Counted from the whole stretch's first letter, positions 21,294-34,424 are shown. The stretch: 62,890 bases of DNA, filler included, from Lenisia limosa (GCA_001655205.1; 11 parts of 11 records of this genome joined end to end with filler, not necessarily neighbours in it), one strand, 5' to 3'. The notes: generated from the sequence alone by a model not told the origin. A program made the numbers and translations.

Positions 21294-22720
21294 TGGCATC
21301 GCCCAGGTACCAGGGTGACAATTGCATGGCTTCACTTCGGTTTGAAAGAATTTCTCGATAAATCTTCGCAATTATCGCTATTTTCCCGGCATTTTTCGAA
21401 CCGAGTGAAGCCCTAGTTGTATCGCTTGTTTTGATTCCATTCAATGTCCGGTTTTCCACATTTGTATTTCCTAAGATATAATTTTCAAGGACAACGCCAC
21501 GTGGTTCGCCCCTATCACGTCGGATGTCCACTTCTAGCATCCCGTCTCCAAAACCCAGCCTTAGTGAACACAGGTTGGAAGTGTCTCGTTTTGTGGCTGT
21601 GTATCCCCATTTCACACTTATCCAACTCCATCATATGTATAAGTCGTATGTACGGTGGGAGTAATGGTTGACTATACAAAGTGATACTTACTCTATTTCC
21701 CATTTGTAAACAAAACACTTCATTGTAAATATATTTATCTCAAATACTCTATGATGCTATTTGTAGATATGATACATATGATACAGAATGTTGTTTAGTG
21801 TTCTTTCAAAGTTGGACTTTTTTTTTTGCATTGACCAGTTTCAGAAACCGAGCTCTTCCCACCACCCCCATCCGGCCTTCCAGTAGTAGCCCCTCAGTTC
21901 TCACGCCCACACCCACTCCCAGCTCCTCCGGCTCCGAAACCTCTCAGCAAGTGGCGACACGTCATCAACGCCCCCTCCCAGCCACCCCAGGGTCCTATTT
22001 AAGCTCATCTGACTTGGCCCCTGTAGCCGAAGGTAACGAGGATGGCGCTGCATTGCCGCCGGCACCCCGACGAAACCCCCGTAGAGCCCAGAGTGGAACC
22101 TTTGGAGCTGGAAGAAAAGTTGACCCCAAGCGCCGAGCTATGTCACTGACATTATCGGCATCCCCGGTCCGCAACCCTTCTCCCCTCTCATCTGAGCCAC
22201 AAACCGTCTCTCTGGTACCCGAGTCTGATTCTTCACCTCCGGAGTCTCCCACTTCAACTTCTCCCAGGTCTGGTCAAAGGAGTGTTGAGGATGTACAATC
22301 CTTTTTCCCATGGGTTGATAGTAAAAACGTTCACACAAGCCCTTTCCTGAACAGTTCGTTTTTTATTCTTTGTTAGAGTCGTTGCTGACTTTGCAGGTCA
22401 GCTTCAGTTCCAGCTTTAGATATGAGTGAACTGTCTTCAGAACCCCCTATGAAACAGGGTAGGTGACGTACAACCTAATGACACCTCAATACCTTGTGAT
22501 ATATGATATGGTTGCATTCGTTGTTATTTATATTTATGAAGCATGAAACGAGAAACCCCGTCTTTCCAAACCAAAGTGAAGGTACCTTCATATCTAATAT
22601 CGTAGAACCAGCCGAAGATAGCCCTGCTTACACTTCACCAAATCCATCGAAGTCTACCGAGACTCCTTCTTATTCCTCGATTTACTCTTCGTCGCCTCCA
22701 GGTTAGTATTGTGTTGACCG
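21294..22720 (+). CDS. Ser/Pro-rich low-complexity protein, partial
   Basis: Long GC-richer exon ~21840-22310 (RALPTTPIRPSSSSPSVLTP...RRAMSLTLSASP) plus further S/P-rich exons; no diagnostic domain seen. Confidence 0.4.
21325..21415. mobile_element. hAT-like MITE family C, intronic copy
   Basis: GGCTTCACTTCGGTTTGAAA...TTTTTCGAACCGAGTGAAGCCCTA. Confidence 0.8.
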
Positions 22721-23820
22721 ACTTGGAGTTATACTGCAGAAGCGTCTGGCCTGGGCCTTATTTGCTTTGTTGTTAACCCTTGTGCCTCCTATAAATTTTC
22801 CCATTTTACNNNNNNNNNNNNNNNNNNNNNNNNNNNNNNNNNNNNNNNNNNNNTTAATTAATTAANNNNNNNNNNNNNNNNNNNNNNNNNNNNNNNNNNN
22901 NNNNNNNNNATACATTCATATATGACATGATATATATGTATATATATCATATTATATACATAATTGTTTAAGGGGGAAGGGGAGAGGGTCAAAGCCAAAA
23001 CATATTTGACGGTCACTCGGGACTTATCTTATTCTGTGATGTAGATGAATTACTTTCTTAAACCGAGATTAGAAAGGTAAAATATGACGAGTCACTCTTC
23101 CTGCTCCTGACCACTTCAGCTTTTTCAAAAGGAAAAAAATTGTTTGCCTAAGATTTCTGTTATTCTGTTGTATAATTTCCCCTTGTATCTCTTGTGGGAA
23201 GGAAGGACACATTTCTAACAAAAAAGTTACACTACACCCAAACGGATGCATTACGACATTCACCGACAACTTATTTGTACCGCTCTTCGTCTATGTGGCT
23301 CTCCCTCAGCAACCCAAGGATGTCCAACTGTGTAGCTCATGCTATCAGAGTGGAAGAAGGACAATGACCGAGGTTAGTTGCCTTTCAACCTATCAAGGCT
23401 GTTGATTCTAGCAGGGGGGTGACCCCCACATCTAATCTTTCTTGGACCAGTGTAAAAATGGCTTTATTTCGCTGATTGTTTGGTTTATTTTGATATTCTA
23501 CTTAGAGACAGGGAGGTGTTTTGAAAATTTTCCTTTGGAGTTTATGACCAAGTTTTCTTTGTTGTGGGAGAATGAAAGGTAACGTGGATTCATCTAATTT
23601 CCCGTGTCATGAGTCTCATTACACAAGCTAAAGCTGAAATGAAGAAGAAGGGAAGAAGAGGCGTTCTTTTTCTTGCAATAGTCATTGTTTAATTACTGTA
23701 AGCTGGTTCCTGTTCCTTCTTGTAATATTTTCATTTTGTTGAAAACAGATAATGACACTTTCATAAACGCGCGGTGCTCCAATCTAGCGAGTTTATCAGA
23801 CCCAAGGAAAAGGCTGTTCA

Positions 23821-24209
<389 letters not shown>

Positions 24210-24656
24210 TGCTCCTTATAAATCGTTTCGTTATTGAGCAATTATCATTCCTTTTTCTTAAGAATAATTCCACCTAACATTCCAACTACTCTTTTTCTAC
24301 TCGTTATTTTTTTTGACAAATATAGGGATAGAGGCACTCTGGGATCCCCCAAAATCTCCCCTTGAGTTGCTCTGCTCGCTCGGAGCCCCTGGAGGATACA
24401 GGGTGGGAGAGGAGGGGGAGAAGGGATTGTCTCATAAGTCAATTTGTACCACGTATGAATATTTCAAGATTTCGGCGTAGTTTTCTGGCCTCTCTATTTC
24501 TTCTTTGCAGCAGTAAACTTGTTTATTTACTTAAAGTTATAGTTTTTGAAGGAAAAAAACTGCGAGATCTGCGAGCACCTTCACCGTGCAACATGGTTTG
24601 AGTATTTAAAGTCGTTTCCACTTTTAGGACGAATTCGAGTCACTATTTGGCGGTAA

Positions 24657-25432
24657 TGCTGATGCGGAAGGTGAGTAGTTAATTACAGTTATACTCCTCA
24701 ATCTTCAATCTTATTATCTTTGCATCTCCCCTTTTCGGTGGTTTATGCGCGCCCATAAGTTTCCCTTTTAATTGTTTGTGCCCTATTGTGTTGTGCTGTT
24801 CTTAGAATCTTGAACCCCTTGTTTGAATTACACTTTCCCCTTGTTATATCCACCCCAATTTATCTTACTGACCCCACAGCTGCCCCAGCGCCCCGTGTGC
24901 CGTCCCCTAACCTGACCCCCTCCCCTGCGGCGGATGAAGAACAAGAGATCAGCCACAGCACGGACGAGGAAGAGGAGAGTGACGGAGACGATGTGGTTGT
25001 GACTATTGGTGAAATGAACCTCCCACCGCACCTCCAACAACGCCACGTAATAAAGGTTGGTAAACTGGTGGGTAGAGATACTTTTAAGACCATAAAATGT
25101 CTTTTAAGGAGGTTAACCTTTTTAAAAAACAAGAGACCTCCACCCCCTCTTCCAACTCAAAACGTTTTACTGGTCCGGGGTATGTCCCCCCTGTTCAGAG
25201 GAAGTTTGGAAGGAGCGTTGAGATGGAATTTCTTGGGAGAACCCAAGAGTTGAATTGCTAGCAAAACGAAATTATGATTAATTAGGATTATTTTCAAATC
25301 TTGATATAAAAGTAGATGCATTTAACACCTTCAGTTTATTCTTTTTCACCTTTTCCTTTTTTTGGGCTTTCATTGCAGGGGGCACTGCTGGAGGGTCGAT
25401 CACCCCAAGGTGGATCTGTGCCACTTCAAGTT
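24657..25432 (+). CDS. Small acidic/Pro-rich protein, function unknown
   Basis: Exon ~24879-25056 reads APAPRVPSPNLTPSPAADEEQEISHSTDEEEESDGDDVVVTIGEMNLPPHLQQRHVIK with canonical borders. Confidence 0.35.
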
Positions 25433-27550
25433 TGAAATTCTTCATAAAGAATGGGTTCTATTTGGGGTTCTATTGGCCACTCCCTTAAATAGGTAACATA
25501 TTGACGTATCTGCCAGCAACATTGAAATCTCAATAAAAACTGGCAACAATTAGATATACATATCCCCATCCACAAAACCCGGNNNNNNNNNNNNNNNNNN
25601 NNNNNNNNNNNNNNNNNNNNNNNNNNNNNNNNNNNNNNNNNNNNNNNNNNNNNNNNNNNNNNNNNNNNNNNNNNNNNNNNNNNNNNNNNNNNNNNNNNNN
25701 NNNNNNNNNNNNNNNNNNNNNNNNNNNNNNNNNNNNNNNNNNNNNNNNNNNNNNNNNNNNNNNNNNNNNNNNNNNNNNNNNNNNNNNNNNNNNNNNNNNN
25801 NNNNNNNNNNNNNNNNNNNNNNNNNNNNNNNNNNNNNNNNNNNNNNNNNNNNNNNNNNNNNNNNNNNNNNNNNNNNNNNNNNNNNNNNGACAATCAAAAT
25901 TACTCGAGCAAATTAATATTCTAACAACGGATCAATTCCCAGAATCCCTTGATCGGTGTTCGATAGGGCAATCAACAGACATAAACACATTGAATACCCA
26001 TTAACAGGAAGAAACGCAGGAAGAAGACTCCACAAACTGGGGAGGGGGGGGGGTGANNNNNNNNNNNNNNNNNNNNNNNNNNNNNNNNNNNNNNNNNNNN
26101 NNNNNNNNNNNNNNNNNNNNNNNNNNNNNNNNNNNNNNNNNNNNNNNNNNNNNNNNNNNNNNNNNNNNNNNNNNNNNNNNNNNNNNNNNNNNNAAATCAC
26201 GACGGTTGATAATTACAAGAGTAAACAAAGCCAGGTTCTCTCGCTATTGTAGCCCCGCATCCCATCACTCTGGGGGATAGAGCAAATTGGTGATGATAAA
26301 AGATGAAAACATTCCTTATGACTACTCACTAAAAGAAAATTATTGAGACGCCCCCTCTTTGCATGCAATAATAGGCTCCCCTCTCCACACAACCCCCCCC
26401 CCCACGCTATGTGCCAATTGGGCAACTAACGCATAAGCAAATTTCGCATTCACCATCTTGATCAGTGCTGTGTGGGTGAGGAAGGGGTTGAAACTAGGGC
26501 TTCACTTCGATTCGAAAAAAACCTTGAGTGAAACTTCACAGGCAACCCACGTTCATAATTGAGAAATGCATGTAGCATCGTTTCCAACGACATGACAAGG
26601 GAGGATTTCACATGGCAGTTCGACAGGTAGCCTTTTGTTGTCAACACTTGCTCCCAGAAGCCAAGCTAAAAAGTCAGTCAACAACTGAAAAAACGAAGAG
26701 AAAAAATAAATAGAATTAAAAATACTATCACAATCTGAGAATTATATAGTAAATCCTCCACTCCTTGTTAAGGGGTGTATATTAGCCATCTGGGCTTAAA
26801 CAATAAACAGTACACTATATCGATATGCACCAGAGCTTACAATTAACAATATATACGTAATTATATTATATGTATATATATCACATAGACTATATCACAC
26901 GAATCTGGCACTTTTTCTTCTAAAATTTATGGTAGTAGACTCTTAAACGAGGTAAAGACATGAGTGCAGCTATTTATCTAGAGCACTATATATAATACAT
27001 ACATATGCACCAGCTTACAATAAACATATGGCAACCCGAAGCAGCAAACGTTTGGAATGCTAATGGCGTACCCCTGGATGGATAACAGCTTTCGATAGAT
27101 AATGTTGGTAAATAAAGCAAGGCTGTATCTGACCGAAGCCGTCCACACCATCATGCGTATAATGACAAATCGATGAACTTGTAAAAATAGGAAATCCACT
27201 CACTACTGCCATGTTTGATCATAAACTATACATTCAAACTTGTTTGTTCCCTATGATATATGGGATAATCTTGACCGATTTGCTGTGTGTTTTCCCAAGG
27301 AAAATTTGTCAAGACTTATACTGGTCACTGTATAAACAGGATATCCAACTCACTCAGTGGTGGGGCTCATAAAAGTGCAGAGTTGGATGATGAAGTACCA
27401 AGGTTCGAAACTACACGCAGCATGCTGGAGGGTTATCTAATACTACATTTGATATATGAGATAAGAGATGATAAAGAATAAAAAAAAGGCTGAATACCCA
27501 AAGAAAACGCCAGAAAAGCGTACCCTTAGGAAGACCTTCATCGCGGCCAT
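25426..27550 (-). CDS. Unknown multi-exon gene interrupted by gaps
   Basis: Candidate first exon MAAMKVFLR|gtacgc near 27550, then HAACSFEPWYFIIQLCTFMSPTT and further exon-like blocks; frames not resolved. Confidence 0.3.
27262..27332. mobile_element. Tc1/mariner-like MITE family B, partial copy
   Basis: gggataatcttgacc...gtcaagacttatactggtcactgta. Confidence 0.7.
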
Positions 27551-27586
27551 GTGCTCCCCAGGAGTCTTTCCGGGCTAGGAGATTAG

Positions 27587-27676
27587 TAGGGCTTCACTTC
27601 GGTTAGAAAAAAGACTGGATTTCTCCATAAATCCTCGAAAACTATCGATATTTTACCGGTCTTTTTCGAAGCTCTT
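27587..27676. mobile_element. hAT-like MITE family C, copy with internal deletion in the right TIR
   Basis: TAGGGCTTCACTTCGGTTAGAAAAAA...CTTTTTCGAA-GCTCTT; flanks gagattag/gagattca. Confidence 0.7.
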
Positions 27677-28494
27677 GAGATTCAATAAGAAAAGTGGTTT
27701 GAAAGATGAAGTAAGGGGGAACATAAATCACACATTTTTTGGGGGAAACTAGAAATATATTCAGATCAAAAGCTTGAAATTATAATGAAAAACAGTGAGA
27801 AAATAGAAATGAACTAGTACTACGTTTAATTAAATAAACAATTAAATCTAGTATTTGAAGCGGGACAATTGTGACGAGAACCATCAATGCGTGTCAAAAT
27901 AGGATTCAAAAACAAAAAAACAAAGACCATTGTTTTCCGGTTATTAAATAATATAGTTTAGCCATGTTAAATAATCGAAGTGCTCCCTTAGATCATTCCC
28001 TTCATACGTAATGATTCCAAGGGATAGAGAGATCCGACTTAGCATCTTCAACATGCCAAGGTCGCTTGAGGCTAAAGAGTAAAAAAAACCATCCTTCGTC
28101 AACACACAGAACATCTTCAATTGGAGCAACTGTCGCCATTCTAGACAGAGGAGGAGCCAGTGGAGCTCCTCAGATCGTCATCACAATTGCTTTCAGAACT
28201 ATCTTTCTCACTTATTTATTTTTCACTAAACTGATCTAAATATATGAGTATGGAAGAGGCCTCTCAGCACTCAGGGGCGCGTTTTTCTGGTTGAAGGGGA
28301 TATCTAGGAGGTTTGCACTCCTAGGTCCTAAATTTTCCGAATCCCCGCCGGCGTCCAAAGAACGAATTTTGCGCTTTCCAGCGCTTTCGTCCTTTCGTCT
28401 CACCGTTGTTAGGAAAGCAATCACGAAGGCGTTTTGTCTTTTAAAGACAGGGTAATTGGTTTGAATAGGAGTTTTCCTTTCTTTCTCACCGAAA

Positions 28495-29568
28495 ATGCTT
28501 GAGGGACTTGAAGGTAAGGCGTTTCCAGGAAATCACGGTCACTATTTAGGCTTAGAACTGTCCGATAAGGACCCAACGAAGGAGTTCGAGCTGATGGAGG
28601 AGCTGGGGAGAGGATCCTTTGGGTTTGTGTGGTTGTCAATCTTCATATGGGAAGCTTTCATGCGTGATAGGTCACATTGAATTTGACTATAATGGCATAA
28701 ATGACCTTGGCTCAATTGATGTTTTGATAAAGAATTGTATTTCGTCAGGTAATATGTGATAAACCAATCGTGATGTTGAGTTAGATTAGACTACCACTGA
28801 CATACCTAACGCTCATGTTTTTACACCTTGCTCATATATCTCATAATAAGATATCCTTATCCTTGTCCAAGTGTTGTTTACTATCAGTCTACTTTACAAC
28901 ACAAAACTTCCATGTGCTCCCCGTTTGTTCTTGTTTATATTACATACCGAAACTTCCCTTTTCGTCCATTTTTATTCTTTTCTCAAACAGTCATGGTTCT
29001 TACTCTTAATTCATTCAAAAAAGAAAAACTCTTTGCTTACTCCCTGTTTGGTCTTATTGAGTATTACATTACCAAAACTCTCCTTTTCATCCCGTTAGCG
29101 CTGATTTTTACACCTTTCTCAGTGACTCCTACTTTTCATTAATTTCTTAAACACTCTGCTTACTCCCCGTTAGTTCTGTGAAAAAGGGGAGACACCTTGC
29201 CAGTAACCAGATTGTCGCCATTAAGTTCATCTCTGTCGTAAGTAGGGCTTCATTTCTAGTAGTCTCCATCAAAATCCTTCGTTTTTCAACGCCCCCCGAC
29301 TTTTGTGTTTTAGCGTTGGTTGCTCATGTTAGTTATTGCTATTGTTGTTATTTTTTTATTTGTTTGAGGTTTTAGATTATTCGGTTCGTGATTAGTACCT
29401 TTACGCCAATATTCTTCATCGAAATTTCCTTCGTTTTATGCCCCCCTCATCAGGAAGCAGCAGAGATGACGGGTATGGACGAAATCCGCAGGGAAATCAA
29501 GATTTTACAGGAGTGCTCTCATGACAATGTGACACGCTATTTTGGAGCCTATATCTCTGTAAGGGGGG
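28495..29568 (+). CDS. STE20-family (MST/GCK-like) Ser/Thr kinase, N-lobe exons, 3'-truncated
   Basis: MLEGLE|ELSDKDPTKEFELMEELGRGSFG|SVKKGRHLASNQIVAIKFISV|EAAEMTGMDEIRREIKILQECSHDNVTRYFGAY shows the Gly-loop, VAIK and alphaC EIxIL motifs. Confidence 0.88.
29300..29453 (+). repeat. Dispersed intronic repeat family A; other copies 1606-1760(-), ~15400-15450(-), ~43310-43456(+), ~48370-48520(-), 51699-~51800(-)
   Basis: Shared core TATTCGGTTCGTGATTAATACCTTTACGCCAATATTCTTCATCGAAATTTCCTTCGTTTTA(Y)CCCCCC, preceded by a T/G-rich block (TTTAGCGTTGGTTGCTCATG) in several copies. Confidence 0.85.
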
Positions 29569-29968
29569 GTGGTATTGCTAGCCAAGAATTGATTCTTTTT
29601 GATTTATTTTTGCTTGTTTCATTTTCCACTATATCACTGGTGTGCTGCAGAAGCGACTGTCCTGTGCTTTGTTTGTTTTGTTGTTATCAGCCCCCGTGTG
29701 TTGTTTGCCAATAAAATTGATTCTTCTTTTTTTTTTGTTTGCCTGTCTTTTTTTTCACTTTTTCACCCCTCCCCTCTTCAAATGATCTTTCGGTGGAGTG
29801 ATGGTGAACATTTGTCCACCCCACCCCCCACCACCCTTTTTTAAAAAAACAAGAGAATATTGACAGTANNNNNNNNNNNNNNNNNNNNNNNNNNNNNNNN
29901 NNNNNNNNNNNNTTAATTAATTAANNNNNNNNNNNNNNNNNNNNNNNNNNNNNNNNNNNNNNNNNNNN

Positions 29969-31136
29969 CCTTCTCAAGGATGGCCTTGTCCGCGCCGGGG
30001 CCGGAAGGAGTGAAGTGGACGGTGATGTTGAACTTAGGAAGAACCTTCTCGAAGAGGTAGTCGGTACCACCCTGGGGGTTAGTTTATGATGGTGGGTCTT
30101 GGCCAAATGGCAATTCAAGTAAAGTAGACCGCAAAACAATTGTAGAAAGGCACAATAATTTGAAGGTAGCGACGGGAAGCAGGTGAAGGAAAAAAGAGGA
30201 ATCGGGAAAGGATGTATCATTTTGGTGTCCTGGTGGGTAGTTGGTAGTTCTGCGTGAAAGCATGATCTAGAAGAAAAACACAGAATGACAGAAATAAATG
30301 ATGGAGGAAGCGTAAAGAGGAACTATTTCGCTAAACCCCCTCCTACATAGACGGGGCGGGTGGAGATGATGTGATCTAGAAGAAGTGAAAAGGAAAAAAA
30401 GAAGAGGGAAAACAAGGTTCAGCATCAAAAATCTTCAGAACACAAGAGCATCGGATTTAGTTCCAACAACAGGGCCAAGAATCGTGACGTCAGGGTCAGA
30501 GCAGCTCCTCCCGCTCACCTCCGGGGTTGCAGATAGCCATGCAGGTCGTGGAAATGGCAGCCATTCCAGCAGCAAAGACAGCTGAGTCCTCAGTCTGATC
30601 ATAAGCAGCCATACGCTCCTAAAAAAGATCAGACACCGGGGTAATTCAGGAAATCTGTTTGTTAATTTCCTGTCCGAGCTTAAATTTGCAAATACTGACC
30701 CAGCTAACCTCGAAGATCTCGAGATTGGGGTTGCCAACACGACTATATGTGTTAGTTCCAGAAGAAGTATGACTGTTCTGAGCCATCGAGAAGAAACTGT
30801 TCCCAAGTATCTCAAAATCCACCTACGAGTAGATGAGACCCATCTCTTCGCCATCCTTGGGCTGGTCAAGACCGTATGCAAGACGGAAGAAGCGCTTGCC
30901 TTCCTCAGCCTTGTTGAAACAGAAAGTAGAGGTAAGATAGCAGGGGGTCTTGGCAGAGTTCACAGAAAGAGAGGGAATGTAGCCCTTGCCGAGAGCAGCG
31001 GTTTCGGGATGGACTCCAGCGTGCTAAATATTGTTAAAATTAACTATACAATCCCCTAATCTATCAAAAAATGGCTGTCCCTAAAAAGATTTATTTCAAA
31101 TTACAATCCAAGAACCCTTCTTACGTGATCAGTCAT
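29969..31136 (-). CDS. Methionine gamma-lyase / cystathionine gamma-synthase family PLP enzyme, 3'-truncated
   Basis: Splices to MTDH|HAGVHPETAALGKGYIPSLSVNSAKTPCYLTSTFCFNKAEEGKRFFRLAYG...GLIYS|RVGNPNLEIFE|ERMAAYDQTEDSAVFAAGMAAISTTCMAICNPG|DHIISTRPVY|GGTDYLFEKVLPKFNITVHF. Contains the YSRxGNP, FxxGMAAI, GDH and YGGT motifs. Confidence 0.88.
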
Positions 31137-31878
31137 ACTGATAAGTGTTATAAACGCTAAAAAAAAGCAAAAACAAAAAGTTAAAAAATCTGAATATATA
31201 TCGAAAATTTTTTCGAAGATTTTCGGTTCTGTTTTATCTTAACTACATGGGGTGGACAAGAATCAAGAATTGTTGTTTTCACTAAAACGCGGGAATTTTC
31301 AATCTTTTTGTATCACTCAGGCCCTGAGTCACTGTGGAGATAATAGACGGGGGGTATAGGTTGAAATTTCAGATAGAAGACACTTCTCTTCCCGGTACTC
31401 TGCGTTGTTTACCTCTTCTGCCCAACAGAAATGGATTATGTATGCTGTTGATGATTAATATGGACAAATGTAATCAAAGCAACCTCCCTTCTCCGAACCG
31501 CTCTTGGTATTTGCTCCTTTCTGATCTTTTTTTGCATTGTTCTTTGATCATATTTTGCCTCTCAACCTGCTAATCTGTCTTCTTTTTATGGGTTTTAGTC
31601 TAGAGGCACTCCTATTATTGAAAGTAGTGTTCCAATCATTTGTCTATATGTTACATAACGAGAAGAGCTTATTTATAAAACAAGGATGATATTTTGTCGC
31701 ATTAAACATGACGATACTAGATACTGTCATATGTTAGTTCTCAATTCATTTTTCATGTGTATATGATATAGGTTGTGTNNNNNNNNNNNNNNNNNNNNNN
31801 NNNNNNNNNNNNNNNNNNNNNNTTAATTAATTAANNNNNNNNNNNNNNNNNNNNNNNNNNNNNNNNNNNNNNNNNNNN

Positions 31879-31936
31879 ATTTGAAAAGCGGTCGCGGTTA
31901 TGTTACAGGTCGCGGTCGTGTGCACTCACCTATATA
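31879..31936 (-). repeat. Repeat family D (54-bp identical block), copy at a 5' splice site of the MFSD12-like gene
   Basis: Reverse complement reads TATATAG|GTGAGTGCACACGACCGCGACCTGTAACATAACCGCGACCGCTTTTC, identical to 44772-44825. Confidence 0.9.
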
Positions 31937-34118
31937 TAAAAGGATATCAACAATTCTAACAAGAAGGCATAAAAAACAAGGATTAATAGCACCAAATCAA
32001 TTACAAACAACTCGTATAAAAGTGTTTAAATACACTATTAATGGCGGTACCTTTCAACCAGATATGTTTGTCTATCACATTGGGCTTACTTGAGGAAGGT
32101 GGTTGTTAAGAGTGAAGCAAAGAACAGGACTAATGGCACCTCTGCAATTGCCTCCTTCACGAGGTAAGAAAAGCTAACATGGGGCAATTCACATAAGACT
32201 TGCAGTATGTATTAGTCTATTATCGATTTGATCTATTTGATCTTGATAAAAAAGCTGCTTGTTACAGCCTCCCAGGTTTTGGCTTCATTGAAAATGTCAA
32301 TTCATAATCAAAGGCTACGAAAGCAAAATATTGCAAACCTTTTCCATGTCAAGAGTGTCAAGAAGATAAAACGGGAGGAAAACCTGTGAAACATTCACAC
32401 AAAGTCGAGTACAGGTGTATACTAAAAGGTTAATAAGTATCTTGACGAACACATGAATATCTTACCGAGAGCTGTGGGGTAGAACTGTCCCATTGTGAAC
32501 CATTTGCTCCATTTAGTAGAGACAGGAAGTGTAGTAAACGAAATCTGGGTGGATAACAAACAGCAAAGAACCTAAAGTTGAACAATATCATAGACGTTAA
32601 GGTACCCTTTTTGGTGGAACTGTCACACGATTGCACTCACCTGATCTTCCATTGATTTTGTAACGTCTTTCTTCTTCGAAGACTTTTCGGGGACACCAAT
32701 CAAGAATGTAAGCATTGCAACCGACCCTAAAAACGTCATAACAATGAGGCTTCCAAAAAGCTGAGGTCCAACATACCGACGGCAATGACGATGAAAGAAA
32801 GATGTGAAAACTCGTCTGCATCCTCCGGGCCGAGTTCTGAGCTCGCATGTCCGCCTAAAAAAGTCACTACTATATGTATATGTCGCGTGACGAACTGAGA
32901 GCCTTCACTGGGCCCTGTCATACCAGTTTGAAGAAGAAGATAGACCAGGATGAACACTGTCAAATTGGCTAAAATCATAAGAACAGGAAGTTGGGAATGT
33001 TTGACAGATGTTATAATTGTATAAGCTCACAAATAACAGTGAAGGCATAACGAGCTGAATTGAGAACAGTTCGAATGTCTAAAAAGTAAGAAAAAGGGAT
33101 AAGCTATAATTAATATCGATATATAAAAAAGTAGACTCCCACGGATATTAGTGGTCAGCTCAGGAACCAAAGCCAAATGGCAGACTTGACAGGCAGCCCA
33201 GCCAAATTGGAATAACATAATAAATACTCTGAGAGTGTTAATATACAACGAGATAAGGTAGTTCATTCATACCCTGACCATCTCTGCCACCCCACTCACG
33301 CATAGTAAAGAACATGATAGAAGTGGTTTAAGTCTATGTTATAAGAGCACAAAAGGCATTTGTTAAAGATGAAGGGGAACGAGCTTGCAACCAGCAAGGC
33401 TCCGAAGAGAATCCATATCTACAAATGTGAATGTTATAACTAGCTAAAAATTGTACTAACATGATACCATTACTCAAACCTTTCTTTTTCCAAAAGAGCT
33501 AGAGGTGGAATCAGATAATTTACCGACAACAGGGGTAGCAAGACCGTCCGCAATCTAAGCATTTAGAAATCAGCTGGTCCGGGAAAAGTGTACTCGAAAA
33601 AGTGGCCTTGGGAAAAAGGTGCCAAAATTTTACCAAGTACAAGGTAGAAGTAGTAATGAATATCTTTGACAAACTAGCCCAATCCACATTGCCAATAATA
33701 CACCCCCCCATATCTCTCCACAAGTGTTCAGCGTATCTGGTCGGAAATAAATATCATATTTCAGTCAATCGGCGAAATGAAAGCGGATGAATTGCGGACG
33801 AAAAGCTGTACAAACACCACTGATTTACCTGGCCAATCAGCAGAAGGAGTCCAGAGTCAGCATTGTTGAAGAGTCGAATTCTGAATTTGCGTGAATGCAA
33901 CTTTCGGTTATTTATGCAGCGGTCCCCCAAAATTAAGTATCACTCACCTATGTAAATATATTAGCAGGTAGGAGAACCAGCAAGAAGCGCAAAGGTCATT
34001 TAAAACGTGTCCTACAGCGAAGCAAGCCTTGAGTCGAAAGGATAGTTTCCCTCCTAATGTATGTTAAATCCACCTTTTCTGGAAGATAGCTGCTTTTACC
34101 TTCAGGGGATGACGACAT
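31930..34118 (-). CDS. MFSD12: MFS transporter, MFSD12-like (MFS_2 family), 3'-truncated
   Basis: Exons give [35 protein letters not shown]|[88 protein letters not shown] and IAEVPLVLF. These are collinear with recalled MFSD12 motifs. Confidence 0.85.
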
Positions 34119-34424
34119 CTATTAAATAGCTTCGGAATCAACTTTTAACTGGGTTAGCAGTACATATTAAGAAATATATTATATTATAAATCACCAAATT
34201 AACCAATAAAGCAAAAGGAACGAACATTTCGAGGAAATTCTTCCGTAATAACTTACGGCCGCGTGGTGCATGGACTATTTTAACATTACCTTTTTCTTGT
34301 TCCTTAAGATTCGATGCTCACCTCACATTAGAACAAAAAAAATCGAGAATCTCTGACACCTACCCCCAGATAACTCTCAGCTGATGTAAAGAAAATAATA
34401 AATACAAAATCAGGCAGAAGATGA

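Noticed and set aside
24950-25010. FIP1L1-like DEEESDGDDVVVTIG motif
   Set aside because: The diagnostic Fip1 motif (KPWRxPGADxSDYFNYGF) is not seen, and the gene appears to end before 25435; too little evidence to name it.
25426-26252. ORF-track entries dominated by X residues
   Set aside because: They exist only because N gaps mask stop codons.
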